Position numbers and translations under genes: made by a program. A stretch of DNA of 63,484 nt, the filler included, from Dugesia japonica (lineage: Eukaryota): the NCBI GenBank assembly GCA_001938525.1. It is 6 parts of 6 records of this genome, joined end to end, with 100 filler letters (N's around TTAATTAATTAA, not from the genome) between each part and the next. Parts side by side here need not be neighbours in the genome. Positions count along the whole stretch, not along the records: positions 1 to 11,327 come from MQRL01639730.1; positions 11,428 to 24,434 come from MQRL01589327.1; 4 more parts are not named here. One strand, 5' to 3'. Shown piece after piece: positions 1-12,218 of the stretch (position 1 is its first letter; every line of letters begins with the position of its first letter). Below the pieces are notes generated by a model. The model saw only the letters and a list, made by a program, of their open reading frames with translations. It had not been told where the DNA came from and searched no databases.

Positions 1-1611
1 TTTCGTTAATTTCGTATTATTTATCATCAAAATTATGGTATGAATAGTTTTGTAACATCGAGGAACAAACTGAGCGAAGGAGAGTGCTGATAATTGCGAA
101 ACGGAAGCGTAAGACGCGATACCANNNNNNNNNNNNNNNNNNNNNNNNNNNNNNNNNNNNNNAGAGGTGACTAAATGCTTGCGGTTTTTAGGTATGCCCC
201 TAGACGCAATACCTCAGGTTTAATAAATAGATCCACAGAAAAGGAGATTAAATTCGTTTATTAAAAATCCTAAAAACCCAACATACTCATAAAACCTATA
301 CAATCATAAACATATTCAAAAAATTTAAATAAACATATAAAAACATATAAAAAACATCGAATCAATTAGATTAATTCTAAGAAAATCTTTATGTTTCCCT
401 AAAACTCATTTGTTGTCATTAATTATGATAGCCAATATTAATTACAGAGGTGAAGTGTAGGAAGAAGTAAGAAAGAAAATGAGCTTTCATATAGGCAAAC
501 CATGTCAATTCAAAGTTGAAATGACAAATATACAATAACGTTCTTTAGAACGAGAAATTATAGAATAATAGAATCTAAGAAACCAATTGAACCGCATGAT
601 TTGAACCATTGTATTATAAAAATTCAATTAAAAACGCTAACAATAGTAGTTAATATGGGAGTTTCAATAAATTTGTTTAAATTAGCAAAATTAGTCAACT
701 TTTGGTTTGAACCAACATGATGATGATGCTGATGATATCTTTATTTTTAAAAAAATACATTCATTCAAAACAATTTATTTATCAAACAAAAAAATGTAAC
801 CATGACATGTAAAAATATTAAAAGTTGCAACCATGTTAAGAAAAAATTATTAATTTTATATAAAAAAAATAATTAATAAAATTACATAATAAATAAATGG
901 AGTCCTTATGAAATACATCTTTTAATGATGGAAATCTGAGTTTTTCCAAGTTCCACAGTAAAAGATGAGACATTGACTTTAGTAAGTAANNNNNNNNNNN
1001 NNNNNNNNNNNNNNNNNNNNNNNNNNNNNNNNNNNNNNNNNNNNNNNNNNNNNNNNNNNNNNNNNNNNNNNNNNNTATTGCGTGTTTGGTTTTTTTCTGT
1101 TTTAATTGAAACATTGAAAAATTAAAATCAATAAAACAAATTTCAAAGGATGTTAAGAATAGAACCTAAAAACAAAGAATATAAAAAGTCTTTCAAAGAT
1201 TGGATTAAATATTGACAAAATGTATGTTCTTTGAAGGTGACTGAAGAACGAGTTTGCGTTTTATTTAAAAAGTCACCTTANNNNNNNNNNNNNNNNNNNN
1301 TGTCTTTTCCATGATAAAAATGTGTCCAAAGTAGAAAAAACTTTGAAATAAGAATAATTCGCAAAGATTGCATGATATAACTCTAAGGAATTGAATACAG
1401 TAGAGGTCGGGAACCTTTTACAGTTGAAACCTTATTTTTATTAAATTACAAATGAATAAAAAAATTAATTCTTTTTAGACTTTCTTTAATATTTTAATAA
1501 AATAAAGATATNNNNNNNNNNNNAAATAAAGATATAATAACAAATATATATTTAAACTTAATGAATAATTTTACCGTCGATAATTACAGTTTAATATAAT
1601 AGACAATTCTT

Positions 1612-2048
1612 CTAATGTTTGTTTAGGATCTGTTTCGGTAAAAGATCATTATCCACTACAGATTGTCGATGCCAACGCGGCTTATTCTCCAAACTGAGAT
1701 CACCATCACAAAACTTGTGGAACCATTTTTGGCATTTGCGAACATCNAGTACTTCACCGTAAACATTGCAGATATATTTGGTGGCAACAGTAGCATTTGA
1801 TTCGCGTTTAAACTCATACAGCATACAATGTTGAATATGAGTGACATTTGGGAAATTTTCAATTATCTCTAAATACGATAAATTAAAATATTACATATAT
1901 AAATTTTAATTACTGTATGTAGTTGACATCGGGCTTTAATTTCAAATTGATTTTTCTTAATATTTAAACAAATGAATGATATAAACAGTATCAAAACAAT
2001 GGTATTAAATATTATTAAAAAAAAGAAATTTCAATTTGAAAACCCTAA
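1612..2048 (-). mobile_element. Truncated mariner transposon: one TIR plus N-terminal HTH region of the transposase
   Basis: ORF 1612-1824 reads MLYEFKRESNATVATKYICNVYGEV..VRKCQKWFHKFCDGDLSLENKPR..VDNDLL, the mariner N-terminal DNA-binding domain. TIR-like TTAGGGTTTTCAAATTG ends at 2048 and is followed by TA. Confidence 0.85.
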
Positions 2049-2284
2049 TATAATTAAAAATAACTAATAAAAAATCATAATCTGGCAATAAGTGTTTTAA
2101 AAGATTTCTCATCCATAATTTAAATGAATAAATTTATAAAGATTGGAAAGGAAATTGAATCAAATAAAGAAGATATCGAAGAATTTAAGCAAATTGAAAT
2201 TAAATAAATAAAGTTGCAAAGAGAAAATATATCAATGAATATTTGCATTCAAATATAAAGTTGATAATGAAATAATTATATAAC

Positions 2285-3320
2285 AGTTTGTTTAACATGT
2301 GGAATAGTTTGATCAAATGAATTACTTGTCCCAAACAAGCTTAACGGACATCTTGATACTTGTCATCAAAATATTAAAGATAAGCCAATCAGCTATTTTG
2401 TTCAATTTGATCAGATGGTGCTGCATTATACTTTAAAAATAAAATGATTTCTTAAATTTTCAAAATTGCAAAATCATTGAAGTGGAAAATTATATTAGGA
2501 TAAGGCCAATGATATCCAGAATATTTGAGACATAAAGAGAAGAAAATGATTACTAATATAAAACCTATTAATGCATACAGAGGTAAGATTGTTTTCTAAA
2601 GAAAATATGGTGGAAAGATTCTAGTTATAGTTAATGATTGAGGTATACTTTTTTGAATTTAAAAATACTATATTCTGAATAATAAGACTAACATATATTT
2701 CAGAAATCTTTAAAAAGATTAGTAAATTAAATACCAGTATGCAACATCTAGAAATAAAATAACAGGATTTATTGATAAAATATCATTATAGAGTTCGTAT
2801 ATTAAGAACGATAATTGTTCATGTTTTCCACAAAATTCTCAGTTAATATCCTGTGTCGATTTAATTTTAGGGACAAAACTCCCAAAAGAGATTATTCAAA
2901 ATTTAAAAAACCTTCAGTATGGATTTAAAAAAATTTTCACACCTGCTCTGTTGCCAAATTCTCTTGGGTCACTGTTGAATCGTTCTGATGAGAACATTCC
3001 AGAAAAAAATAGTTAAAGTTTATAATTGGAGCTAAAAAGCAGAACTTATTGATATTATATCACAATCAAATCTAAAAAATAGGTTATGAAGTCTTGGAAT
3101 AAATAAATTTTGGATATTCATACATTCGATTTCTAAAGGTATCTTAAAGATCAATAAGCATTATAATGCCGTTTTCAATATTATATCTGTGTGAGTCAGC
3201 TTTCGCAGCTATAAAAAACTTTGAAACAACCAATACATCAAAGTTTAAAGATCTAGATTCAGAAATGCGTATTTTTTCTAAAATAAGACCATGCTTGGTA
3301 AGCATGTTCTCGAAAAATAA
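2285..3320 (+). pseudogene. Highly decayed hAT Charlie/Buster (ZBED5/FAM200-like) transposase
   Basis: Manual translation across frameshifts gives CLTCGIV..SNELLVPNKLNGHLDTCHQNIKDKPISYF (BED-type finger), LLMHTEVRLFSK (cf. LLHTEVRWLS) and IMPFSILYLCESAFA (cf. LPFATTYLCESGFS). Confidence 0.75.
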
Positions 3321-3559
3321 ATAATAAATTTTTTAATAAATAATAACATTAATTAATAATCTTAAATTATTATTATAATATTAAACTTATGTATTTAGCC
3401 AATTGTAATTGCAACCATTTTGTTTAACGTCAAAGATTTAAAAAAAAAACATTTCGCGATTACTTTTAATTTGCAGCTAGTGTGTTACAAGAAGGAAATC
3501 CTTAAGAAATCCTAAATTATATAATATAGTCCATTAATAGATAAAAGAATATATATAGC

Positions 3560-4674
3560 TAGGGTTTGTAAAAAACTGTGTTTCTTGAAAAACCGGTTTT
3601 CCAGTTATTTCCAATCTAAAACCCGGTTAACCGGTTAAAACCGGGTTTTAAAAGAAAAAAATTAAGTCTATAATAAAGTCTCCCTTATTGTATTACTTTA
3701 CTAAAACGCCATTAAATAAAAATTTTTTTCATAGTTTATATTTTAGAAATTCCAATTTAGATAATAAATTAATAAAAACAGGTACAATTTTCTTAAAATA
3801 GCTATGTAAAAATAATGTTTAATAAAAACTTTTACTCTGTTTTCGAAAAAAATAGTATTTTAGAAATAATAAAGCATTTATCGATTCATAACCAATACGA
3901 CTTCTTATTTTATTGCGAAAATTTTGGGATACAGAAAAGGTTCTTTCTGAGCTCGTTGAAGTTGGTTTAACTGTAAGTAAGGCATTGACAAGCAATTCCA
4001 AGTGGTTTGTTCTTTCCCCAGTTTCTTCAAAAAAGTTACATTCTTTTTTAAACTTGTTAACATTAACGACTTCTTGTGATTTGTGCACACACACATTTTC
4101 AATAGTCATCTTAAGTTCATCATTAAGCAGCATTTTAACATCATTATTCCCATTTGTTATGTCATTCTCACTATCCTCACTACCATCCACCAAACTTTCT
4201 GGTTCTAATTCTATTTGAAACTATCTTTCTAATAACCGTTTGCCAAAATTAAGTATTTTCGTTTTTGAAGAATATGTCAGAGAAACTCCCGGTTGAGTGA
4301 GTGATTTGGTTTTTGCATTTGAATTTTTGAAATAATTCACCAAACATACTAAATTAATATATCTATTTTCTAGCACCTTTTTTTAAAGATTTGAATAAAC
4401 TTTAAATAAATAAGGTTATATTCTACTGATCTTATCAAAAAATTGTGTTTATTTTTTGCAAAAAAAACATTATTTCTGATTTATTACATTAGAATTCCCA
4501 TAAAAGTTATAGAATTAAGAATTAGTAGTTTGTCTTCTTTTGTAAAAATTATCTTAATCCGTTTTAAATGTAGTTTAAAAATTTAATTTTCCAAGAAAAC
4601 CGGGATTTCGGTTTTTCGTTTTCATTGGAAAACCCGGTTTTTAAAAACCGGTTTTAACCGGTTTGAAAACCCTA
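3560..4674 (-). mobile_element. Internally deleted hAT element with TAGGG termini; retains C-terminal dimerisation domain
   Basis: Termini TAGGGTTT... and ...AAACCCTA, AACCGG/CCGGTT subterminal arrays, degenerate 8-bp TSD tatatagc/catattgc (6/8). ORF 3819-4193 contains LLTVKPTSTSSERTFS..RSRI..INALLFLKYYF. Confidence 0.88.
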
Positions 4675-4782
4675 CATATTGCATCATTTTTTAATAAATT
4701 TTTATGGGCAACAATTAAACAATGTAATAAAGCTAGTTTACATATTTAATATTAAAGAAAATATAAATATAATTTTATTGCG

Positions 4783-4996
4783 CAGCAAGCATAATTAACG
4801 CCTGAGCCACAAAACCGTTTTGGTGGCCCCCACACTCTAAAAATCCAAAAAACATTAAGCAGTAATTAATTAATTAAGTTTAAAAAGAGTTTTGAACCAA
4901 ACAAATCCTGTTTGCCTAAGGGACCATCTGGTTCCCCTTTGCGAGAAGGGCCCCGGATATGATAGACGGCTTCTCTCCCCTTGTTATGTCACTCTA
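4783..4996. mobile_element. Degenerate MITE-like GC-richer island
   Basis: GGCCCC/GGGCCCC motifs and a CCCCTTGTTATGTCACT end resemble common non-autonomous DNA-transposon termini. The left end is poorly conserved. Confidence 0.3.
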
Positions 4997-5147
4997 TTAA
5001 AATATCGAAAAAAAGATTTAAGAATGAATAAAATAAACTTAAGAAAATAAAAAACTCAATTAAAACATTGATTTATGTATTAATTTCCAAAATAAAACTA
5101 AAAAAAATTCATTTAAACAATTGGAAAACAATATTAAAAATATTTTC

Positions 5148-6248
5148 TTACAAAGTATTTGTTTCATCACACGATTTCTCATATTTATCCTCACGAATTT
5201 CATTCAATAAAATTTTCTCATTCTTAATACTGATTTTTGGTTTATTGAATCTCAAATTTGTTGAATTTCGAATACATAACACCGTTCGAAGCGTATTTCT
5301 AAATTGTTTCGACATAATACAATAAATAACAAAATTACATGGATATGATATTAAAACAATAACATCACAGAGAGTAATGAGAAAAGTGAATAACGGTTCA
5401 TTTAAAACAAATTGAAAAGTTTTACCAACTATATATGAAGCAATAGTTGCTCCAGTTGGAATTTCGACAACTAAGAACAAAATTAAAACAACTAACAACA
5501 TTTTTGAAATTGAATTTGATAAAGAATCGGATTTTTGGGTTGAAATTATTTTTTTTGTTGATGCTTGAATTAATCTAGAATGGTTTCGTTTGGCTTGACC
5601 TAATTCTTTTATAAGAAAAACTGTAAATACTGATAAAACCAAACATGGTAAGACATTAATTAAACAAACACGCAACCAATAATAGGCCACTAATACATCC
5701 TGATTGACTAAATAGCATTTAACAATGTTATCGTGATTTTCAATGCCGAAATAAGCCAAAAATGTAATACAATGACAAAATGTGCTCATAATGAACACAA
5801 TATAAATACATGTTTTCGCTGTTTTAGTCGTCCAAAAATGGTGAATAATAACCGGAATTTTAATGTAGAAATATCTTTGAATTGCCAATATTAGAGTCAA
5901 CCAATTGGCAGCTGTATGGAAAATAGTAGGTAGAACCACGGTAAGATAGTAGTTAATAAACACTTTCAAAACTGAAATTGATGCAACAAACTTTGAATCA
6001 AGTTTAGCAAGATAAATTGGTAAAGGAATCAAACCAGTTAATAAATTTGCAATTGCCATTCCGAGCAAAATCACATTTGTCGGGGATATCATATGGGGCT
6101 TCGTTAAAACAACGCACACAATAATATTTGTAACAAATGTAATAATTATTACAAATGGTGATATTTGACTTTTTATCAAGTATTCGAATCCGTTTTGTTC
6201 CAACGAAGCAGGAATACATTGAGAGTAATTTATAGAAGAATTTTCCAT
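5148..6248 (-). CDS. Class A (rhodopsin-like) neuropeptide GPCR, sex peptide receptor / MIP-receptor-like, intronless, 366 aa
   Basis: Uninterrupted ATG-to-stop ORF with seven hydrophobic segments. Family motifs: HMISPTNVILLGMA, PTIFHTAANWLTLILAIQRY (QRY for DRY), FLVVEIP, SYPCNFVIYCIMSKQFRNTL. Confidence 0.93.
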   Translation of the reverse strand: MENSSINYSQCIPASLEQNGFEYLIKSQISPFVIIITFVTNIIVCVVLTKPHMISPTNVILLGMAIANLLTGLIPLPIYLAKLDSKFVASISVLKVFINYYLTVVLPTIFHTAANWLTLILAIQRYFYIKIPVIIHHFWTTKTAKTCIYIVFIMSTFCHCITFLAYFGIENHDNIVKCYLVNQDVLVAYYWLRVCLINVLPCLVLSVFTVFLIKELGQAKRNHSRLIQASTKKIISTQKSDSLSNSISKMLLVVLILFLVVEIPTGATIASYIVGKTFQFVLNEPLFTFLITLCDVIVLISYPCNFVIYCIMSKQFRNTLRTVLCIRNSTNLRFNKPKISIKNEKILLNEIREDKYEKSCDETNTL

Positions 6249-6303
6249 GGAATTTATTTATAACAGACCTAAAATTGACCTTCTTTTAATTGACCTAAAT
6301 TTC

Positions 6304-6368
<65 letters not shown>

Positions 6369-6862
6369 NNNNNNNNNNNNNNNNNNNNNNNNNNNNNNNN
6401 NNNNNNNNNNNNNNNNNNNNNNNNNNNNNNNNNNNNNNNNNNNNNNNNNNNNNNNNNNNNNNNNNNNNNNNNNNNNNNNNNNNNNNNNNNNNNNNNNNNN
6501 NNNNNNNNNNNNNNNNNNNNNNNNNNNNNNNNNNNNNNNNNNNNNNNNNNNNNNNNNNNNNNNNNNNNNNNNNNNNNNNNNNNNNNNNNNNNNNNNNNNN
6601 NNNNNNNNNNNNNNNNNNNNNNNNNNNNNNNNNNNNNNNNNNNNNNNNNNNNNNNNNNNNNNNNNNNNNNNNNNNNNNNNNNNNNNNNNNNNNNNNNNNN
6701 NNNNNNNNNNNNNNNNNNNNNNNNNNNNNNNNNNNNNNNNNNNNNNNNNNNNNNNNNNNNNNNNNNNNNNNNNNNNNNNNNNNNNNNNNNNNNNNNNNNN
6801 NNNNNNNNNNNNNNNNNNNNNNNNNNNNNNNNNNNNTAATAATAATAATAATAATAATAATA
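6304..6862. repeat. (AAT)n microsatellite spanning an assembly gap, about 55 bp upstream of the GPCR start
   Basis: Perfect AAT runs on both sides of the N block. Confidence 0.95.
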
Positions 6863-7974
6863 AAAGACAATTGAAAAAATAAAAATATTTTTAGAATTTA
6901 TATTAAAATATAAAATCGAAATTATAAAACATTTTATTTATATTAGTGAGAATTTTATAATTTTAAATATTAAAAGAATTTTATAATTGCTTTTTCATTA
7001 GATAGGATTATCGGAAATTGGTGTTTAAAATCTGTTAGACTGCTTGGAATCGTAAATGCTTTCGGATAAATATTTCGATATAATATTTTGAAAATCATCA
7101 AAAGAATCAAATAACTCTAGCAATACGAGATGATCACCGTTATTAAGTGATCTAAAGTTTTACTAGGCTCATTGAAATCCAGACCTATTTCAGATGACCT
7201 TCAAATACAGCTATTACTCTGCAATTTATTTTAAATAGTACTTTCATTTTAATTAAAAAAAACAAAACGAAGATTCAAGCGTGCTTTTTGTTGTCGTGAT
7301 AAAAATGTCAAATGATGCATTTCTATAATTCATTGAATTTACAAATTGTTTAATGATATTATTATTTTTCAGATCGTAGAATACATGAATGATTTATATC
7401 TAAAGCGTTATAACCAATTATATGACAATATTAGAGCCAGATTCAGTTGAAAGTTTATCTATCTGCTTTCGTATCGTCGAAAAAAATACTTTGGATAATA
7501 CCTTATAGTATTTTGAAATACTCGTCATAACTTCTCGAAATGCCCAACCAAATTCGCTCGGTATGTCGGACCTTTCTATTCAAAACTTAATATGAGTTTT
7601 AGAAAATTAATTCTTAAGACTAATATCATTAGGTTTAATAATGCAATGTTGCTTTTCCTTGATGGATACAAACTTTTAACTGTTCAAAGCAATATCAATA
7701 AAGTCTTGGTATTTTCAGGCACATTTAAATTGTCGTTTAGCAAATATTTATGCAGTGATTTGTTACCGTTTTTAAAAAATTCCTTTAATCTAAATATTTA
7801 AAATGAAAAAGACCAGCACAGTTGAGAAAATTTAAGGTAAAAATTCCTCTGAGAAGTCACCATGTTCAACAAATGCTATAAAAAAGAATGAAATTTGAAC
7901 CACAAATATTTTGACATAATTAAAATCACTTTAAGTGATTAAAAAGCTCCATTTTATCATTAATATAATAATTA

Positions 7975-8310
7975 TAGGTGAAATATCCATCACAATCATT
8001 ATCTGATATGATATCTAATCTTTCCTCAAGATATGATATTTTTTTCTTCAGTATTTAGAGCTTTTCTTCAAACGTAATGTTTCGATTTTGATAACCTGTT
8101 TTCAAGTGGATTAAAGAAAAAAGAATACGGTTGCAAGAAAATTAATCTGTGTTCGTTACGTTCAACACAATCCTTAATAGCTTGGCTCTTATGAAAAGCC
8201 ACATTGCCCATAATCAATACGCATTTCTTCAGGATTTTGCCTTTGAGAAATATAAAGAACTCTTCAATATATCCTAAGAATGATGTAGTATTAAAAGAAG
8301 TTTAAAAAAT
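7975..8310 (-). pseudogene. IS630/Tc1-like DDE transposase C-terminal remnant
   Basis: Reverse translation SFNTTSFLGYIEEF..KKCVLIMGNVAFHKSQAIKDCVERNEHRLIFLQPYSFFFNPLENRLSKSKHYV matches the pattern LIMDNVAFHK..FLPPYSPFLNPIE. Confidence 0.8.
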
Positions 8311-11031
8311 TTCAGCGCTAAATGAATAGTAGCACAAGATACTTTAACGCTAAATGTATCAAATATTCTTTCTGACATTTTCCTTTAAGATGTTCTTGCG
8401 TAGTCAACGATTTTATCTCGAATTTTCCCCAAAATTACCCAGAGTCACGATGCTATCATTTTAATACTTAAACGGATTCATGCCACTTCTCATTGTTGAC
8501 TAATATTCAACAATAACAACAATTGACGTGTCGAGCTGGTAATTAGAAATAACTCATGTTCTTGTTTTGAGCGACAACTTAATGGTTTTTCTTCCCACAA
8601 CTCGTTGTAGACTATTACGATTACTGCCATCGGTGAATAGGTACTTATTGTTAATCATATTTTCTTAGTTATGGATATCCAAATTTTTCTAGCATTTTAA
8701 TTTCAAAAGTTTAATTACCAATTAAAAGTTTTAAAATGTAATTTAAAATCAAGAACTTTTTAATTTTTACGTAATATATTACACAAATTTTAATTGAATA
8801 AATTCTAATCATAAGTAGAAATAAAAATTGGAATGACAATAACAGAATTTTCATAGCTAAAATAAATTCAGTTCATTTTTAAATTAAATTGAAAAAAGTT
8901 TAAATTAAACAAAATAATTATTTTAATTAATAATTACTGTTTCTTCTCATTTGTAACGAGCAATTGTTAGATATCACATATTAAGTACTTCTTACACTTG
9001 TTATATAATAGATAAATGTTTTCGTGAACTGATAATCAATAAATAAATGATAAATAAATAACCATAAATAAACAGAAATATTTTTAAATATTTCAAATGA
9101 ATTTTTAGATAATCAAGAATCCATTTTTTCTAGTTATAGATTGTAATACTAATTCTTTATAGTTGAAAACAAATTCAAGTTAATTAAAATTGATCTCAAA
9201 ACAAATTACTAGTTTAATTGTTCAATTAAAACAAACTGAAGCAATTTCTAAATTGTCCACAAAAGATTTACATAAATATCGATGCATTAAAAATAATAAG
9301 ATTGTAAAAAATATGAAAATAAAAACATTAAAATAAATTTTAAATAAATTTATTTTTTATTAATTTTTTTTATTTTCATTTTAGAAATTAAAAAAATAGA
9401 ATCTTTAACATTTTTTTATTAATGTATTTTTGAAAATCAGATTAAACTTCATATATAGGTATTTTCATTATTTTCTTTTTCGTCAACTGTAGTAAAATAT
9501 TTTCAAAGGCAAATGTTAAACAATTCAACCATTATTATTAATTATATCAACCATATTTGTTCATACACTTCTTNNNNNNNNNNNNNNNNNNNNNNNNNNN
9601 NNNNNNNNNNNNNNNNNNNNNNNNNNNNNNNNNNNNNNNNNNNNNNNNNNNNNNNNNNNNNNNNNNNNNNNNNNNNNNNNNNNNNNNNNNNNNNNNNNNN
9701 NNNNNNCAATTGCAAATTCATTTTTACAAGCTGTTACTTTTCAGATTATTTAAGATTATTATTAAACAGTTTTAAACAAGAAATTTTTGTATTATATTTA
9801 TTAAATTGTTAACAATATAACATATAAAAGTAATCAACTGGATTTGATTTTTCCAATTTGTTTTTAATATTTCTTAATTAAAAAAAATTAAATATTGAAA
9901 TAAAAAAAAATAAATAAAAAGAAATATAATATAGATATAATATAAATAATAAATATAATTAATTATTAGAAAATATTAATTACATAGGCACGTATTTTGG
10001 GATTTCACCTCTGCTTTTTTGGAAATTTAAAAATAAGTTAATTTAAAATAATTTGATTTTTATTTGTTTAAAAATAGTTTAATTTTAAAATATTTAAACA
10101 TTAAAATAATAATAAGATAAACTTTCAAAATAACATTTTAAGTAAAATATTAATAGAAATTTAAATATTTTTTTCTTTTTAATAAATATTTCATGGATAC
10201 TAAAACTCTTTTCAATTCAACAGTGAGAGTCGTAGACTAACCTAACAATAATTAAATGGGTAATGAATAACATTGAATAAAGAAAAACATGAATTCAATC
10301 GAAAATCAAAACAAACTTATCAATCTGTAAAAACTTTAGCCAATGAAATTCGAGAACCAAAAGCTTAGTCAGAATCTAAAAATAAACAGAAAATTATAAG
10401 AAGTACAGAAATCATAATCAATAAAATCGAGCTCATGGATAAACAATATAATATATTACTAATTAATATTGCTTTATTATTATTACATAATACTTAATAA
10501 TTATTACACAATACAATATTATAATTGGTAGAATCTGAGCTGTAATGAAAATCATTTGAGGCATATTATGCTTTACGAATTCATAAAAAATATGAAGAAA
10601 ACCAATGAGATTTATCGTTGGGTTTTGAATATTAAGAAGTGTCATCAATAATTTGCTAAATTTTGTTCAGTCTGCAGTCTTTCACTCTAATATTTTAAGT
10701 AAAATTTTCAATAATTTATTTTTTTCCTGTTTCAGTAAATATTTTGAAAACATTTTGGTAATAATTGCGATTATGCGCTCATAAAACGGTTAGAAAATTT
10801 TACATTAATAATATTCCGGTAACAGTTCGATAATAGAGTTCCTGCAATCGTGAAAGAAACTTTTTATTAAATTTTTTCAATGATTTCTGTAAATCGAGAA
10901 AATGGTACTATTAAAAATTAGAATAATTAACTATTTTTTGTCTTTTAGGTTTTGGAACCTTTTAGTGATTTCGTTATGGACAATAGTCATCAATTGTCAA
11001 TCAAGCCTATATATTAAATTAATATTTAACA

Positions 11032-11266
11032 ATTACAATTGTTGCGAAAATAATTGTTGGACATAACCATTGATCGTTTTACANAATTCATTAAAATAAA
11101 GCTTCGATCAAAAACATTTTTTTTGTTTTTGATAATAATTCTAATTTTCAACTTTGTCCCTGTCAGGAAATAATTTTTTTTTCAATTCCTGACGAAGACA
11201 ATGCCGAAAAGTAGAATTATTAATAAAAACAAAAAAATATTTTTGATCGAAGCTTTTATTTTAATG
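11032..11266. mobile_element. Hammerhead-bearing short retroposon (Penelope pLTR-like), inverted back-to-back arrangement
   Basis: Minus copy with tail (11032-11170) plus an inverted plus copy (11183-11266), flanked by a 15-bp direct repeat aattaatatttaaca (11017-11031 and 11267-11281). Confidence 0.8.
11184..11218 (+). ncRNA. Minimal type I hammerhead ribozyme motif, slightly mutated
   Basis: aattc-CTGACGA-A-GAC-aat-GCC-GAAA-ag-TA-gaatt; one mismatch in helix II and one in helix III relative to the 17-kb copy. Confidence 0.65.
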
Positions 11267-11327
11267 AATTAATATTTAACATCCTTTTTTTACATAAAAA
11301 CAATTAATGATATTACGTAATAAATAT

Positions 11328-11427
11328 NNNNNNNNNNNNNNNNNNNNNNNNNNNNNNNNNNNNNNNNNNNNTTAATTAATTAANNNNNNNNNNNNNNNNN
11401 NNNNNNNNNNNNNNNNNNNNNNNNNNN
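11328..11427. other. Artificial scaffold-joining spacer
   Basis: Exactly N44-TTAATTAATTAA-N44 (100 bp, stops in six frames); identical at five sites. Confidence 0.95.
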
Positions 11428-12043
11428 ACGTTCTGAGTATTTTTTTTCTACGAATTTTACATTTCATTTAATATAGAAATGTTGTATATGATTAAATGAA
11501 AAGAAGAATTGCTACCTGATTTTTGTAGGAATTTAAATTTTAAAATTGATAATAATTGAAAGAATTTTTTGGTTTTAAAATTAATCTCTCCTAATAATTC
11601 TTATGCTTAATTAATTGTTCAGTGAATTTCATTGAAGATTTAAATTGGAGATAAATAACATTAAAATATCAATGTAACAAAGCATTTTTTATGTTGAACC
11701 TTTAAAATTGATGAAATTTTCAATTTAATAATTTTTGCATTAAAATTATTTTAATTAATTAATTAATCATAATCAAATAAAATTTTTAAAATGCAAAGAT
11801 CAAAATTGTTGTTACTCTGTTTTCATAGATATTTCACTATTTCAACATATTCTTTATTAGAAACGATTATTCAATTCATACTAGTCACAAAAGCAACAGG
11901 AAAAAAACAACTAATCAGAAAAACAACAATTTCGATCTTTGCATTTTGGAAAATTTTATTTGATAAATACAGATCAATGTTTATCAAGTGAAAACAATTA
12001 AATTAATACAACGAGTAAAATTTAAAATGAATTCTGTGTTTTT

Positions 12044-12218
12044 GTAATATCCATTCGTATATACGTATATTTTATGTTTAAATTATGTATTTTGTTCNNN
12101 NNNNNNNNNNNNNNNNNNNNNNNNNNNNNNNTTAATAATTATTAATAATGCATAACTTTGCCTCGAACAAAATACATAATTCAAACATAAAATATACGTA
12201 TATATAAATGGGAATTAC
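12044..12218. mobile_element. MITE-like element with about 54-bp imperfect terminal inverted repeats
   Basis: gtaatatccattcgtatatacgtatattttatgtttaaattatgtattttgttc is mirrored by gaacaaaatacataattcaaacataaaatatacgtatatataaatgggaattac. Confidence 0.7.

Noticed and set aside
85-110. ctgataattgcgaaac as a hammerhead
   Set aside because: Core mismatch (CUGAUAA) and no pairing helix I or II.
3913-4218. Antisense ORFs over real coding sequence (also 5068-5325, 23561-23836, 23894-24304, 50425-50613)
   Set aside because: Shadow frames of the GPCR or transposase sequences.
6247-6882. Long ORFs with poly-I/Y/N and X runs (also 17973-18306, 36778-37077, 42468-42706, 50951-51193)
   Set aside because: Products of microsatellites and N gaps.
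7040-7800. Possible minus-strand transposase remnant
   Set aside because: Only a vague RH..R.WL resemblance; not supportable.
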